Notes: generated by a model from the letters alone, not told the origin. A DNA stretch of 64,000 nucleotides from the human T2T-CHM13v2.0 reference genome, Homo sapiens (GCF_009914755.1 NC_060943.1), one strand, 5' to 3'. Shown: positions 1 to 41,071, counted from the first letter of the stretch. A program made the numbers and translations.

Positions 1-23
1 CCCGAGGGAGGTTTGTGCCCTAG

Positions 24-12768
<12,745 letters not shown>

Positions 12769-13216
12769 GGGCCCGCCCCGCGGACTGACAGCACCAGGAA
12801 ACCAAATGATGTCCCTGCCCGCCGCCCCCGCCGGGCGGCTTTCCCCCTTGTACTGGAGAAGCTCGAACACCCGGTCACAGCTCTCTTTGCTATGGGAACT
12901 GGGACACTTTTTTACACGATGTTGCCGCCGTCCCCACCCTAACCCCCACCTCCCGGCCCTGAGCGTGTGTCGCTGCCATATTTTACACAAAATCATGTTG
13001 TGGGAGCCCTCGTCCCCCCTCCTGCCCGCTCTACCCTGACCTGGGCTTGTCATCTGCTGGAACAGGCGCCATGGGGCCTGCCAGCCCTGCCTGCCAGGTC
13101 CCTTAGCACCTGTCCCCCTGCCTGTCTCCAGTGGGAAGGTAGCCTGGCCAGGCGGGGCCTCCCCTTCGACGACCAGGCCTCGGTCACAACGGACGTGACA
13201 TGCTGCTTTTTTTAAT

Positions 13217-13222
13217 TTTATT
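13217..13222 (-). terminator. YIPF2 poly(A) signal (AATAAA on minus; adjacent ATTAAA at 13211-13216)
   Basis: tttaattttatt on plus = AATAAAATTAAA on minus; first canonical signal I found downstream of the YIPF2 last exon. Confidence 0.65.
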
Positions 13223-14059
13223 TTTTTATGAAAAGAACCAGTGTCAATCCGCAGACCCTCTGTGAAGCCAGGCCGGCCGGGCCGAGCCAGCAGCCCCTCT
13301 CCCTAGACTCAGAGGCGCCGCGGGGAGGGGTGGCCCCGCCGAGGCTTCAGGGGCCCCCTCCCCACCAAAGGGTTCACCTCACACTTGAATGTACAACCCA
13401 CCCCACTGTCGGGAAGGCCTCCGTCCTCGGCCCCTGCCTCTTGCTGCTGTCCTGTCCCCGAGCCCCTGCAGGTCCCCCCCCGCCCCCCCACTCAAGAGTT
13501 AGAGCAGGTGGCTGCAGGCCTTGGGCCCGGAGGGAAGGCCACTGCCGGCCACTTGGGGCAGACACAGACACCTCAAGGATCTGTCACGGAAGGCGTCCTT
13601 TTTCCTTGTAGCTAACGTTAGGCCTGAGTAGCTCCCCTCCATCCTTGTAGACGCTCCAGTCCCTACTACTGTGACGGCATTTCCATCCCTCCCCTGCCCG
13701 GGAAGGGACCTTGCAGGGACCTCTCCCTCCAAAAAAAGAAAAAAAGAAAAAGAAAGAAAAAATAAATGAGGAAACGTGTTGCAGCACAGGCAGTTTTCTT
13801 CTCCTTCTGCTCCCCTGTTTCTCATACCCCCAAACTCAGATGCTGGAGCTCAGGCCCGCCGTGTGTGCACCCAGGCAGGAGCGGGCGCTGTCCAGGCTGG
13901 GCCGCCCCCTTGGCTCTCCCTCCTGTTCCAGGGGAGCCATAGGAGGGAAAGCAGGTGGCCCGGGGGGGATATGGGGGCCCCAGCCCTGTCCCAAAGCTCC
14001 CTGCTCGGCTGCCCCTCGCCCGCCTTTATATAAATTCTCTGAATCACCTTTGCATAGAA

Positions 14060-14065
14060 AATAAA
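14060..14065 (+). terminator. CARM1 poly(A) signal AATAAA
   Basis: AATAAA followed by gtgtttgctttgt. Confidence 0.75.
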
Positions 14066-14185
14066 AGTGTTTGCTTTGTAAGAAAAGTCTGGAAAGTAGC
14101 AGAATCATCTCAAGGTGTCAAAGGAGCCTTCAGTCATCGTCTGGGGGGCAGGACAGGCAGAGGGGTTGGTCCACTTAGGTGTTGC

Positions 14186-14282
14186 CTGAAAGAAAGAATT
14201 GTCTGGGAGTGGCCCCAGAACCTCTCGCCTTGACTGGGAGTGGGAGGGCAGCCCCCTTAGCCCAGCTGGGAATAGTCCTTAC
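14186..14282 (-). other. YIPF2: YIPF2 3'UTR intron (97 nt)
   Basis: Donor CAG|gtaagg 19 nt after the stop; acceptor ttctttctttcag|G. Confidence 0.75.
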
Positions 14283-14301
14283 CTGTGGGACCCGGGCCTT
14301 C

Positions 14302-19421
<5,120 letters not shown>

Positions 19422-19833
19422 GGTCGTTCAGGGGCGTCTCCGCATCCCTCGCTGAGGACAGAGACCGGTCAGGCACACTTCCCCCCCGCCCCCGAGCCGG
19501 TCCCTCGGCCCCCAGCCCTACCTGGCGACCAACTGCACCCACGGAGGCTTGAACTCGTCGTCCCGTCCCCACAGGTGCGCTCCGCCCCCCCTCACCTGAG
19601 GCCACCTGGGCCGGCGTGGCTGGGGCTCTCTGCGCCTGCGCGTCTCGCCTACCCGTCAGACTCCAACCGACTCAGACCTGACAGCAACATCCGGCGCCTG
19701 TCCTCTTTCTATCCTCTCCCGTTGGGAAGCCACTTCCGGTAAAGTTGGCGCTTGCGCAGAAGAGACTCCCGGGCTCTTAACGTCGGGTATCAGGAGTTTC
19801 TTCCCGGAGCAAGGACCCCCAAGACGGAAGAGG

Positions 19834-20713
<880 letters not shown>

Positions 20714-21233
20714 AACCCTGAGGCCCCCGAGTCCTGGCAAACTGCTTGCCTGGGGTGGTGCAGTTCTGAGTGTGCCTCACCTGCAGAACAGCTGAGACAG
20801 ATGATGTGCAAAGTGTTTTCTCACTGGATTTGCACAAGTTTGGGGAGCCTTTCTGCCCCCCGTCTTTGTTCTTTATTAGCTGAAGCTAATTCAGAGCCAC
20901 CTGGGTCCGGGAGTTGGGGACAGCAGAACGACTTGACACATGTTCATCACTGGCAGAGCTGGTCATGAGCCTTTTATATAAGCCTTTTTCATCGGGCCTC
21001 AGAGGCCCTCCTTAAGGAGGTACCACATTGGTCAGCTGACTTGCAAACTCTTCTAAGGCCACTTAGATTTTCTTTTTCAAGTTTGGGTTGTGGCCTGGCA
21101 TGGTGATGTCTGTAATCCCAGCAGTTTGCAAACTGAGGCAAGAGAATCGCTTGAGGCCAGGAGTTTGAGGCCAGCTAGAGTGACATAGCAAGACTCCGAT
21201 GCTACAAAAAAGAATAATAATAGTAATTAACTA

Positions 21234-21633
<400 letters not shown>

Positions 21634-22503
21634 TGAGGTAGGAGGATTGCTTGAGATCAGGAGTTCAAGACCAGTTTAGGTAAAATAGTGAGAGCTTTCT
21701 CAAAAACTAAAATATTTGGAAGGGTAAAGCAGGCAAATCATTTGAGCTTAGGAGTTCAACACCAGCCTGGGCAATATGGCAAAACCCCGTCTCTACAAAA
21801 AGTACAAAAATTTACCAAAGGTGTTGAATGAGAATTGAAAATATGTATACATAGAAAAATTAGCCAGACATGTTGGACCATGTCTGTAGTCCCAGCTATT
21901 CAGGAAGGCTGAGATGGGAGGATCACCTGAGCCTGGGAGTTCAACGCTGCAGTGAGCCACGATCGTGCCACTGCACTCCATCTTGGACAACAGAGTGAGA
22001 CTGTCTCAAAAAGTAAAATAAGTGGATGGGCCCGGTGGCTCAAGCCTGTAATCCCAGCACTTTGGGAGGCCGAGGCAGGTGGATCACGACGTCAGGAGAT
22101 GGAGACCATCCTAGCTAACACGGTGAAACCCCATCTCTACTAAAAATTCAAAAAAATTGGCCGGGCGCGGTGGCTCACGCCTGTAATCCCAGCACTTTGG
22201 GAGGCCCAGTCAGGTGGATCACGAGGTCAGGAGATCGAGACCATCCTGGCTAACATGGTGAAACCCCGTCTCTACTAAAAATACAAAAAATTACCGGGGC
22301 GTGGTGGCGGGCACCTATAGTCCCAGCTACTCAGGAGGCTGAGGCAGGAGAATGGCATGAACCTGGGAGGCGGAGCTTGCAGTGAGCCGAGATTGCGCCA
22401 CTGCACTCCAGCCTGGGCGACAGAACAAGACTCCGTCTCAAAAAAAAAAAAAAAAAAAAAATAGCTGGGCGTGGTGGCAGGCATCTGTAGTCCCAGCTAC
22501 TCA

Positions 22504-22818
<315 letters not shown>

Positions 22819-23209
22819 TAGTAGAGATGAGATTTCATCATGTTGGTCAGGCTGGCCTCAAACTCCTGACCTCAGGTGATCCGCCTGCCTCAGCCTCCCA
22901 AAGTGCTGGGATTGCAGACGTGAGCCACCGTGCCCGGCCCTCGTTCCCTATTAAAAATACAAAACCAGGCAATTGACAGTGTCATGACTATTGGGATGTT
23001 ACAGGGAAGTTTTTTGTAAAACAACCTGTTTACCAGATGAGCATTGTAAGTTACTGGAGGTGGCTTGGAAGGATAAAGCATTTTCTGGTCTGGAAATCTA
23101 TATGGAATCATAGATTCTGGTTATGTTGTACTTCAGTAACCCTGAAACAGAATTCTATGAAAAGAAGTAAGTTAGTGTACACAGCTGGTACTTAGCTAGG
23201 TTATGGTAA

Positions 23210-23796
<587 letters not shown>

Positions 23797-24236
23797 TAAT
23801 AGGCGTGAGCCACCACACCCGGCCTCAATACTTTTTATTTTTTTTAAGTGTAATTTATGGCCGGCGCAGTGGCTCACACCTGTAACTACAACACTTTGGG
23901 AGGCCAAGGTGGGAGGATCGCTTGAGTCCAGGAGTTCGAGACCAGCCTAGGCGACATGGTGAAATCCTGTCTCTACAAAATACACAAAATTACAAAATAC
24001 ACAAAAATTAATCGGGTATGGTACACACCTGTACTACCAACTATTCAGGAGGCTGAGGTGGAAGAATTGCTTGAGCTTGGGAGGTTGAGGCTGCAGTGAG
24101 CCAAGACTGCATCACTGCACTCCAGCCTAGGTGACAGAGCAAGCCCCGTCTCAAAAAATTAATAAGGCTGGATGCGGTGGCTCACGCATGTGATCCCAGC
24201 ACTTTGGGAGGCTGAGGTGGGTGGATCACAAGGTCA

Positions 24237-24431
<195 letters not shown>

Positions 24432-24952
24432 TCACACAAAAAAAAAAAAAGAGAAAAAATAAATAACATAAAACTGAAGTATTAAGGGAGTGATGCTACC
24501 TCAGGGGCCTGTGGCAAGTTAATAAAACCAGGTGGTAAAACAACTATCTTTGTTTGTGATACTTGTTTTTGTGTGTTTGCTACTTTCAAATTTTGGCATT
24601 TGACCCTTGCATTCATAATCAGTGGGTTGAACAGGTGTTGGTTTAAGTCAGCATCTCACTTTTACAGAGGAAAAGCTGAGGTTCAGAAAATTTATTTTTC
24701 CAAGGCTGTGGCAGGACCAAGATTCGAACTGTAACTCCCAGCTCTGTGACTTAATCCTCAAACTTGTGGACTTTGATCCTAATAATTCTTGTCAGAAATA
24801 GTTAAATACTGCTATCAGTTGCCATAAATAAAAATTGGATATAGAAATACATATATAAAGCCGGGCGTGGTGGCTCACGCCTGTAATCCCAGCACTTTGG
24901 GAGGCCGAGGCGGGCAGATCACAAGGTCAGAAGATCGAGACCATCCTGGCTA

Positions 24953-25239
<287 letters not shown>

Positions 25240-25300
25240 TCATCTGAGGTTGGGAGTTCGAGACCAGCCTGACCAACATGGAGAAACCCCATCTCTACTA

Positions 25301-25453
<153 letters not shown>

Positions 25454-27169
25454 TCAAAAAAAAAAAAAAAGAAAAAAGAAAAAAAGAAATACATATATAA
25501 AAAAGAAATGCAATAAAACCAAAAGACACAGCCTGGATAACATAGCAACACCTCGTCTCTACTAAAAATAAAAATAGGCCAGGTGTGGTGGCTCACATCT
25601 GTAATCCCAGCACTTTGGGAGGCCAAGACGAGTGGGTCACCTGAAGTTAGGAGTTCAAGACCAGCATGGGCAACATGGTAAAACCCCGTGTCTATTAAAA
25701 ATACAAAAAATTAACCGGGCATGGTGGCAAGCACCTGTAATCCCAGCTACTCGGGAGTGAGCCGAGATCATGCCATTGCACTCCAGCCTGGGCAACAAGA
25801 GCAAAACTCCGTCCCAATAAATAAATAAATAATAATTAAAAAAAAAATAGCCAAGTGAGACGGTGTGTGCCTGTGGTCCCAGCTACTTGTGAGGCTGAGG
25901 TGAGAGGATCCCTTGAGCCCAGGAGTTTGAGGCTGCAATGAGCTTGGTCATGCCGCTGCACTCCATCCTGGGCCACAGAGTGAGACACTATCTCCCCTCT
26001 AACCCCCAAAAATGAAAGGAAACAAAAGACGTCGAGATGATACTAACTAAATGCTATCTCTACACCATTACCTGCCAAAAATCTCTGTCCCCAAATCTGC
26101 CCTCTGTTAGACATTAGCCAACTTCAGGGAAGGGTTTTAAGGTGTCATCAAAGACACTTGTTTCTCATTGATCAGAAGTATTGGAAAGGGTCCACACCAT
26201 CATTGCTTGAGTCAGTTATTAAATGCCACTTTTGACTTCTCGCCAGGGTGTGTTCCAGGAAGATCATCTGAAGCTGCTGGGAGCTTGAAGCTGAGGGCAG
26301 TGGTCGGCGCTGTTGGTAGGAATTGTGGAGCTTGGGCAGCCTGAAGGCTTTGTGTCTTGGCTTTGGGCAGAGGGTCAGCTTTTCCCAGAGGTCTCACTGT
26401 ACTTCAGCCCATGCTCTGGTGTAAGGCAGAGGACAGGAGGCATAAGTGGGCTTTAAAGCCAGGATTTGGAACTCAGCTTTTACACTTCCTTGCTTTGTGA
26501 GTGAAGTCACTTCTCCATGCTTTGGGCTCCTTATCTCTAAGTGTGGGCTTGTCAGAAAAATTTAAAAGCCCACTAAAGCACTTGGTACAGAGTAGGCATT
26601 CACAGTCTGTGGTGCGGCTGTGCAGGGAAGATTATGGCTCCGAATCCATGCTGTGACCTTCCTAAGTGGTTGTGGAGGGGCTGATGCACCCTGCCTAGTG
26701 GTGCAGGGCCACCATGTAGGGAGGGCCCAATGTCTGATAGGATAGAGCCAAGGCACGCTTCTTTCTCAGATCCAAGTGACAGCCGAATCTAATATGAACA
26801 TTTCTGAGTTCTCCCCCACACCTTGTTTTCAGGGACGGTCTCACTCTCTCTCCCAGGCTGGAGTGCAGTGATGCAATCTCAGCTCACTGCAACCTCGACC
26901 TCCCTGGACTCAAGCTGTCCACCCACCTCAGGCTCTCAAGTAGCTGGGACTACAGGTGTGCACCACCATGCCCAGCTAACTTTTGTGTATTTTTTTTGTA
27001 GAGACAGGGTTTCGCTATGTCACCCAGGCTGTTCTCGAACTCCTGAATTCAAATGATCTTCCCACCTCGGCCTCCCAAAGTGCTGGATTACAAGTGTGCA
27101 TCACTGCACCCGGCCTGAGTTCTCCCTTGAAAAAAAAGGCGGGGGCGGGGGGGAGCAGTTTGGAGATAG

Positions 27170-27307
<138 letters not shown>

Positions 27308-27875
27308 TAAGTTATTTGTAGAGATGAGATCTCACTGTGTTGCCCAGGCTGATCTCAAACTCCTGGGCTCAAGTGATTTTCCTGCCTCAGCCTCCCAAGG
27401 AAATAAAATATTCTTGGATTCTTGGTTAGCTTTAATTATTTCCGCTTTCCAGGCTAGCCCAGGAGTTGCCCTCCAGCACGTCCTTTGAAAAGTACTTTTC
27501 GGCCGAGCGTGGTGGCTCACGCCTGTAATCCAAGCACTTTGGGAGACCGAGATGGGAGGATCACCTGAAGTCAGGAGTTGGAGACCAGCCTGACCAACAT
27601 GACGAAACCCTGTCTCTACTAAAAATACAAAAATTAGCCGGGCATGGTGGTGGGCGCCTGTAATCCCAGCTACTCAGGAGGCTGAGGCAGGAGAATCACT
27701 TGAACCTGGAAGACGGAGGTTGCCGTGAGCCAAGATGGTGCCATTGCACTCCAGCCTGGGAGACAGAGCAAGACTCCGTCTTAAAAAAAAAAAAAAAAGT
27801 ATCTTTCCCACTGTTGTGATTAGAAAGACCAGCAGAGGGCATCAGAGACTTAGTTCGGAGACAGAACGTAGCTGA

Positions 27876-28590
<715 letters not shown>

Positions 28591-28858
28591 GGCTGGGGGT
28601 GCCCTGGCTCACACCTGTAATCTCAGCACTTTGTGAGGCCGAGAGGGGCAGATTGCTTGAGCCTAGAAGTTCAAGACCAGTCTGGGCAACACAGTGAGAC
28701 TCTGTCTCTACAAAAAAATACAAAAACTAGCCAGATGTGGTGGTGCGTGCCTGTAGTCCCAGCTACTTGGGAGGCTGAGGTGGGAGGATCACCTAAGTTA
28801 GAGAAGTTGAGGCTGCAGTTGACCACGCTGATCTCGAACTCCTGGCCTCAAGCAATGA

Positions 28859-29257
<399 letters not shown>

Positions 29258-29858
29258 TGACCTCAGGTTATCTGCCCCCTTTGGCCCCCCAAAGTGTTTG
29301 GATTACAGGTGTGAGCCACCACGTCTGGCCTATAATTTCATTTTCTTATATCATGACACTACCATTATCACACCTATCAAAGTCCACAATTATTATTTGG
29401 TATCATCTGATATTACATTTCCCTGAGGATCTCAAAAGTGTCCTTTTACACTTGGTTTGTTTGATTCATGATCCAAACAAAGTTCACATACTGTATTTCG
29501 TTGTTGTGATTTTTCAGTCTCTCTTTTTTAAGACGGAGTCTCGCTCTGTCGTTCAGACTGGAGTACAGTGGCACAATCTCACCTCATTGCATCCTCCGCC
29601 TCCTGGCTTCAAGTGATTCTCCCTGCCTCAGCCTTTTGAGTAGCTGAGATTACAGGCACCCACCACCATACCCGGCTAATTTTTGTATTTTCAGTAGAGA
29701 TGAGGTTTTGCCACATTGGCCAGGCTGGTCTTGAACTCCTGACCTCAGGTGATCCTCCCTCCTCGGCCTTCCAAAATGCTGGGATTACAGGCATGAGCCA
29801 CTGCGCCCAACCTTAAGTCCTTTTTTTTTTCTTTTTGAGACAGAGTCTTGCTCTGTAG

Positions 29859-30062
<204 letters not shown>

Positions 30063-30318
30063 TGATCCACCCGCCTTGGCGTCCCAAAGTGCTGGGATTA
30101 CAGGCCTGAGACACCATGCCCGGCCTCTTAAGTCTCTTTTAACCTAGAAGAGTGCCCCCTATGCATACACTTTTGATGTGTTGCAGAAAACCACTTTTTT
30201 TTTTTTTCTGAGACAGAGTCTCACTCTGTCGCCCAGGCTGGAGTGCAGTGGCGTGATCTCAGCTCAGTATAACCTCCCCATGCCGAGTTCAAGTGATTCT
30301 CCTGCCTCAGCCTCCTGA

Positions 30319-30534
<216 letters not shown>

Positions 30535-30631
30535 TAATAGCTGTACAAAGAAGCCAGTTCTTTTGTTCTTGCAATCTTATTTATAGCTGGTGAGCCACAG
30601 GCATTTCACATTTCCTGTTACTGATTCACCA

Positions 30632-31220
<589 letters not shown>

Positions 31221-31359
31221 ATCATGTCCTACCAGAAGGAGTTTCTGGGGAATTCACAGCCATCTACAGAAGACATCCTTGACTTGCCTTTTGAGGTTTC
31301 CCTCAGGGCAGCCACAAGGATGCTGTGTTCCTTTCCCATGTTGTGGCAGGCCACAGTGA

Positions 31360-31608
<249 letters not shown>

Positions 31609-31719
31609 TGATCTGCCTGCCTCGGCCTCCCAAAGTGCTGGGATTATAGGTGTGAGCCACCATGCCTGGCCCACAGTGATGATTATGAATAGCTATTCAT
31701 TATTTGAAAATGAATAGTA

Positions 31720-32651
<932 letters not shown>

Positions 32652-32702
32652 TAGTAGAGACGGGGTTTCACTGCGTTAGCCAGGACGGTCTCCATCTCCT
32701 GA

Positions 32703-33001
<299 letters not shown>

Positions 33002-34431
33002 TGATCCTCCAACCTCAGCCTCCTGAGCAGCTAGTTCTTTTCTAGTGTAATATATTATCTTACGGAATATATTCCATTGTCTGCATGGACCCCAGTTGGT
33101 TTATTCACCCATCTACTTAGTGACATCTTGGTTATTTCAAAGCTGACATGGTAGGTATTACTGGTCGCCTTACAGGGGAACAGCAGGACATCTGTAGTGT
33201 GTGGTGAACACTAGAGGGAGCAAGAACCCCCTTTCTCTATCAGGTGGGTGTTACCCATTTCCCAGCTGCACTAATCTGTCGTTCCTTGTAGAGGCCTGAT
33301 CTGGTGTTTGCCCTGAATGAGAGATGATCTGGAAACCATTTGTGGGAAAATTAAGTTAGACATCCTTCCATTGAAATAAAATGCAGGGGCCGGGCACAGT
33401 GGCTCACGCCTGTAATCCCAGCACTTTGGGAGGCCAAGTCGGGCTGATCACCTGAGGTCAGGAGTTCGAGACCAGCCAGGCCAACATGACTAATTTTTTT
33501 GTATTTTCAGTAGAGACGGGGTTTCACCGTGTTAGCCAGGATGGTCTTAATCTCCTGACCTTGTGATCCGCCCGCCTCGGCCTCTCAAAGTGCTGGGATT
33601 ACAGGCGTGAGCCACCGTGCCCAGCCTTGCAGCAAATAATTACATGAAAAAATAATTAATTTAAATTCTGGCAAGTTCTTTGAATCAAAACCAGGGAGAG
33701 GTGCTCTGCTCTAATAACCCAGCTCTTGTGGATGTTATTCATGCTAAAACTTGTAGGATTTTCCATTGCTTGAGTTCTGCTGTAGTGTTATTGCTTATCA
33801 GTGTAGGATCTGTGCTCTGTGGATTGGTTTAAACTTTACTCGTGGGACAGCTGGCTTTGAAAAGTTTTCATCATCCCCTGCAGGGACTGCACTGGTCTTT
33901 GTTGAGGCACATCTAATGTTGATAGCTCTGTTTCCTCCCAGCTGGGGCTCCAATCTGTGACCTTGCTTAGGTAGTGATGCTCTGAAAAGTCTCCCTATTT
34001 CTTCTGAGAACAGTTAGATATTGGGTGTAGGCTTTTGAAATAATATGATAGGCCTCACTCTGTAGGGGTTTTTACAAAAGCCACTATAGGCTGGACGTGG
34101 TGGCTCACACTGTAATCCCAGCACATTGGGAGGCTGAGATGGGAGGATTGCTTGAGACGAGGAGTTTGAGACCAGGAGTTTAAGACCAGCCTGGTCAACA
34201 TAGTGACACCTCCATCTCTTTAAAATTGTTGTTTAATTATATAAAAGCCACTGTAGAGTTTGAATGCTTTCAAAATATCAAGAGGATGACCACAATGAAG
34301 TAAACTGTCACGGTGGGGCACAGTGCCTCATGCCTGTAATCCCAGCACTTTGGGAGGCTAATGTGGATGGATCCCTTGAGCTATGAGTTTGAGACTGACC
34401 TGGGCAACATAGGGAGACCCCATCTCTACTA

Positions 34432-35075
<644 letters not shown>

Positions 35076-35122
35076 TCATCTCACTGCACTCCAGCCTAGT
35101 TGAACAGTGAGACTCTGTCTCA

Positions 35123-35215
<93 letters not shown>

Positions 35216-35249
35216 TCACGAGGTCTGGAGATCAAGACCATCCTGGCTA

Positions 35250-36306
<1,057 letters not shown>

Positions 36307-36529
36307 TAGCTAGGTGTGGTGGCGCATGCCTGTGGTCCCAGCTATTCAGGAGGCTGAGGCGGGAGAACCATTTGAGCCCAAGAAGTTGAGGCTGTGGTGA
36401 GCTTTTTTTTTCATTTTTGGAGACCTTCCAAAAAAGAAAAAAAAAAAGCTCCTTTAATGCAGATGTTTGCTATCAGCTAATGGCCATTTGCCTCTGTCTT
36501 TTTCAATTTGCGCCCTGCTGCTTTCCACA

Positions 36530-36700
36530 AAGGTTGCACCATTTTACATTCTTACCAATCATGCTGCACAGCACTCCGAGTTCTCTATGTCTTCACCCAT
36601 ACTTGTTATTTTCTGTTGTGTTTTGTTTGGGTGTGAAGTGGTATCTCATTGTGGTCTTGATTTGCATTTCCCTAATGATAAGCGATGTTAAGAAAATATT
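36530..36700 (-). mobile_element. L1M 3'-region fragment
   Basis: gtgtgaagtggtatctcattgtggtcttgatttgcatttccctaatga. Confidence 0.75.
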
Positions 36701-36735
36701 TCTTATTTAAAAATGCTTTCTTTTTTTTTGTTTGA

Positions 36736-37023
<288 letters not shown>

Positions 37024-38001
37024 TAAGGTGAAGGCTGGGTGCAGTGGCTCAAGCCTCTAATCCCAGCACTTTGGGAGGCCAAGGGGTGGGGGGGGGGGGT
37101 GGGTCACCTGAGGTCAGGAGTTCGACACCAGCCTGGCCAACATGGTGAAACTCCGTCTCTACTAAAAATACAAAATTAGCTGGGCATGGTGCACACTTCT
37201 CTAGTCCCAGCTACCCAGGAGGCTGAGGCAGGAGAATCGCTGGAACCTAGGAGGCAGAGGTGCCAGTGAGCCAAGATTGCGCCACTGCACTCCAGCCTGG
37301 GTGACAGAGTGAGTCTCCGTCTCAAAGAAAAAGAAAAAAGAAAAATGGACCAGGCGCCGTGGCTCATACATGTAATTCCAGCATTTTGGGAGGCCGAGGT
37401 GGGCAGATGACTTGAGGTCAGGAGTTCGAGACCAGCCTGGCCAACATGGTGAAACCCCATCTCTACTAAAAATAGAAAAAATTTGCCGGGCATGGTGGCA
37501 GGCACCTGTAATCGCAGGTACTCGGGAGGCTGAGGCAGGAGAATCACTTGAACCCAGGAGACGGAGGTTGCAGTGAGTCAAGATTGTGCCACTACAGTCC
37601 AACCTAGGTGACAGAGCAAATCTCTGTCTCAAAAAAAAAAAAAAAAACAACTCCGGGCACGGTGGCTCACACCTGTAATCCCAGCACTTTGGGAGGCCAA
37701 GGCGGGCTGATCACGAGGTCAGGAGATCGAGACCATCCTGGCTAACACGGTGAAACCCCATCTCTACTAAAAATACAAAAAATTAGCCGGGCATGGTGGC
37801 GGGTGCCTGTAGTCCCAGCTACTCGGGAGGCTGAGGCAGGAGAATGGTGTGAACCCGGGAGGCAGAGCTTGCAGTGAGCCAAGATCCGCCATTGCACTCC
37901 AGCCTGGGTGACAGAGCGAGACTCCGTCTCAAACACACACACACAGACACACACACACACACACAAAGAAAAATCAATTAAATTAAATGTTTTGTTTTGT
38001 C

Positions 38002-38201
38002 CACTGGTTCTCAAGCAGGGGAAATTTTGACCTCCCTGGAAATATTTCACAATATCTGGAGACATTTCTAGTTGTCAGAACTGGAGGAGGGGTGTTACTG
38101 GGACTAATGAGCTGCTAAACATTCTACCATGTACAGGAAATCCCCCTCAACCAAGAAGTAACTAAGCCAAAATGCCTATAATGCCAACATTAAAATTCCT
38201 G
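38002..38201 (+). mobile_element. MER20 (hAT-Charlie MITE)
   Basis: cactggttctcaa...atctggagacattt...gctgctaaacattcta...aaaatgcctataatgcca. Confidence 0.8.
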
Positions 38202-38751
38202 GAATAGCTCTTTTAGTTCGCAGCAGGAGGGTAGACTACACAACCTGGTTTGCTATCAGATCAAACAAACAAAAATCTTCATAATCAGAAATTAAAATAT
38301 TTGGCCAGACACGGTGGCTCAGGCCTGTAATCTCAGCACTTTGAGAGTCTGAGGCAGGAGGATCACTTAAGCTGAGGAATTTGAGACCAGCCTGGACAGC
38401 ATAATGAGACCCCTCTCTACAAGAAAATTAAGAAAAAAGGCTGGGCACAGTGCCTCACGCCTCTAATCCCAGCACTTTGGCAGGCTGAGGCAGGCGGATC
38501 ACCTGAGGTCAGGAGTTTGACATCAACCTGGCCAACATGGCAAAACCCTGTCTCTACTGAAAATACAAAAATTAGCCGGGTATGGTGGGGGGCACCAAAT
38601 AATCCCACCTACTTGGAGGCCGAGGCAGGAGAACCACTTGAACCTGAGACACAGTGGTTGCAGTGAGCCACTGCACTCCAGCCTGGGTAACAGAATGAGA
38701 CTCCATCCCAAAAAAGAAAAAAAGAAAATTAAGAAAAAAAAAATGTCATTA

Positions 38752-39045
<294 letters not shown>

Positions 39046-39051
39046 CTACAT

Positions 39052-39086
<35 letters not shown>

Positions 39087-39202
39087 CAGGCGCAGTGGCT
39101 CATGCCTGCAATCCCAGCACTTTCAGAGGCCGAGGCGGGCAGATCACAAGGTCAGGAGATTGAGACCATCCTGGCTAACACGGTGAAACCCTGTCTTTTC
39201 TA

Positions 39203-39502
<300 letters not shown>

Positions 39503-39554
39503 TCACGTGGAACACGAAACTAATCTCAGAAGGTCCCACGATGTGAGTCCATGA

Positions 39555-39950
<396 letters not shown>

Positions 39951-40315
39951 TAAATTTCCCAGGGCGACCCGATCAGCAGTCAATTCTCAGTTAACTGGGG
40001 CTGATTCTTTTCGTTTGAAGATTTCTCACATCTCTCAGCTGGCACCTGAAACTGATCACAAGGACCTAGGCAGAGTTCAGTGGTGGATAGCTGGGTGGCC
40101 TGGAGTATTGCTGTTTATGACTTTTTAAAAAATTCTGCAGGCTGGGTGCAGTGGCTCACACCTGTAATCCCAGCACTTTGGGAGGGCAAGGCAGGTGGAT
40201 CACCTGAGGTCAGGAGTCTGAGACCAGCCTGACCAACATGGTGAAACCCCATCTCTACTAATAATACAAAAATTATCTCGGTGTGGTGGCACGTGTCTGT
40301 AATCCCAGCTACTCA

Positions 40316-40853
<538 letters not shown>

Positions 40854-40879
40854 TCAGGAGATCGAGACCATCCTCGCTA

Positions 40880-41071
<192 letters not shown>

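Larger units (their letters stand above)
12769..14085 (+). other. CARM1: CARM1 3'UTR (end approximate)
   Basis: Follows the stop codon; AATAAA at 13761-13766 and at 14060-14065, the latter followed by a GT/T-rich element. Confidence 0.75.
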
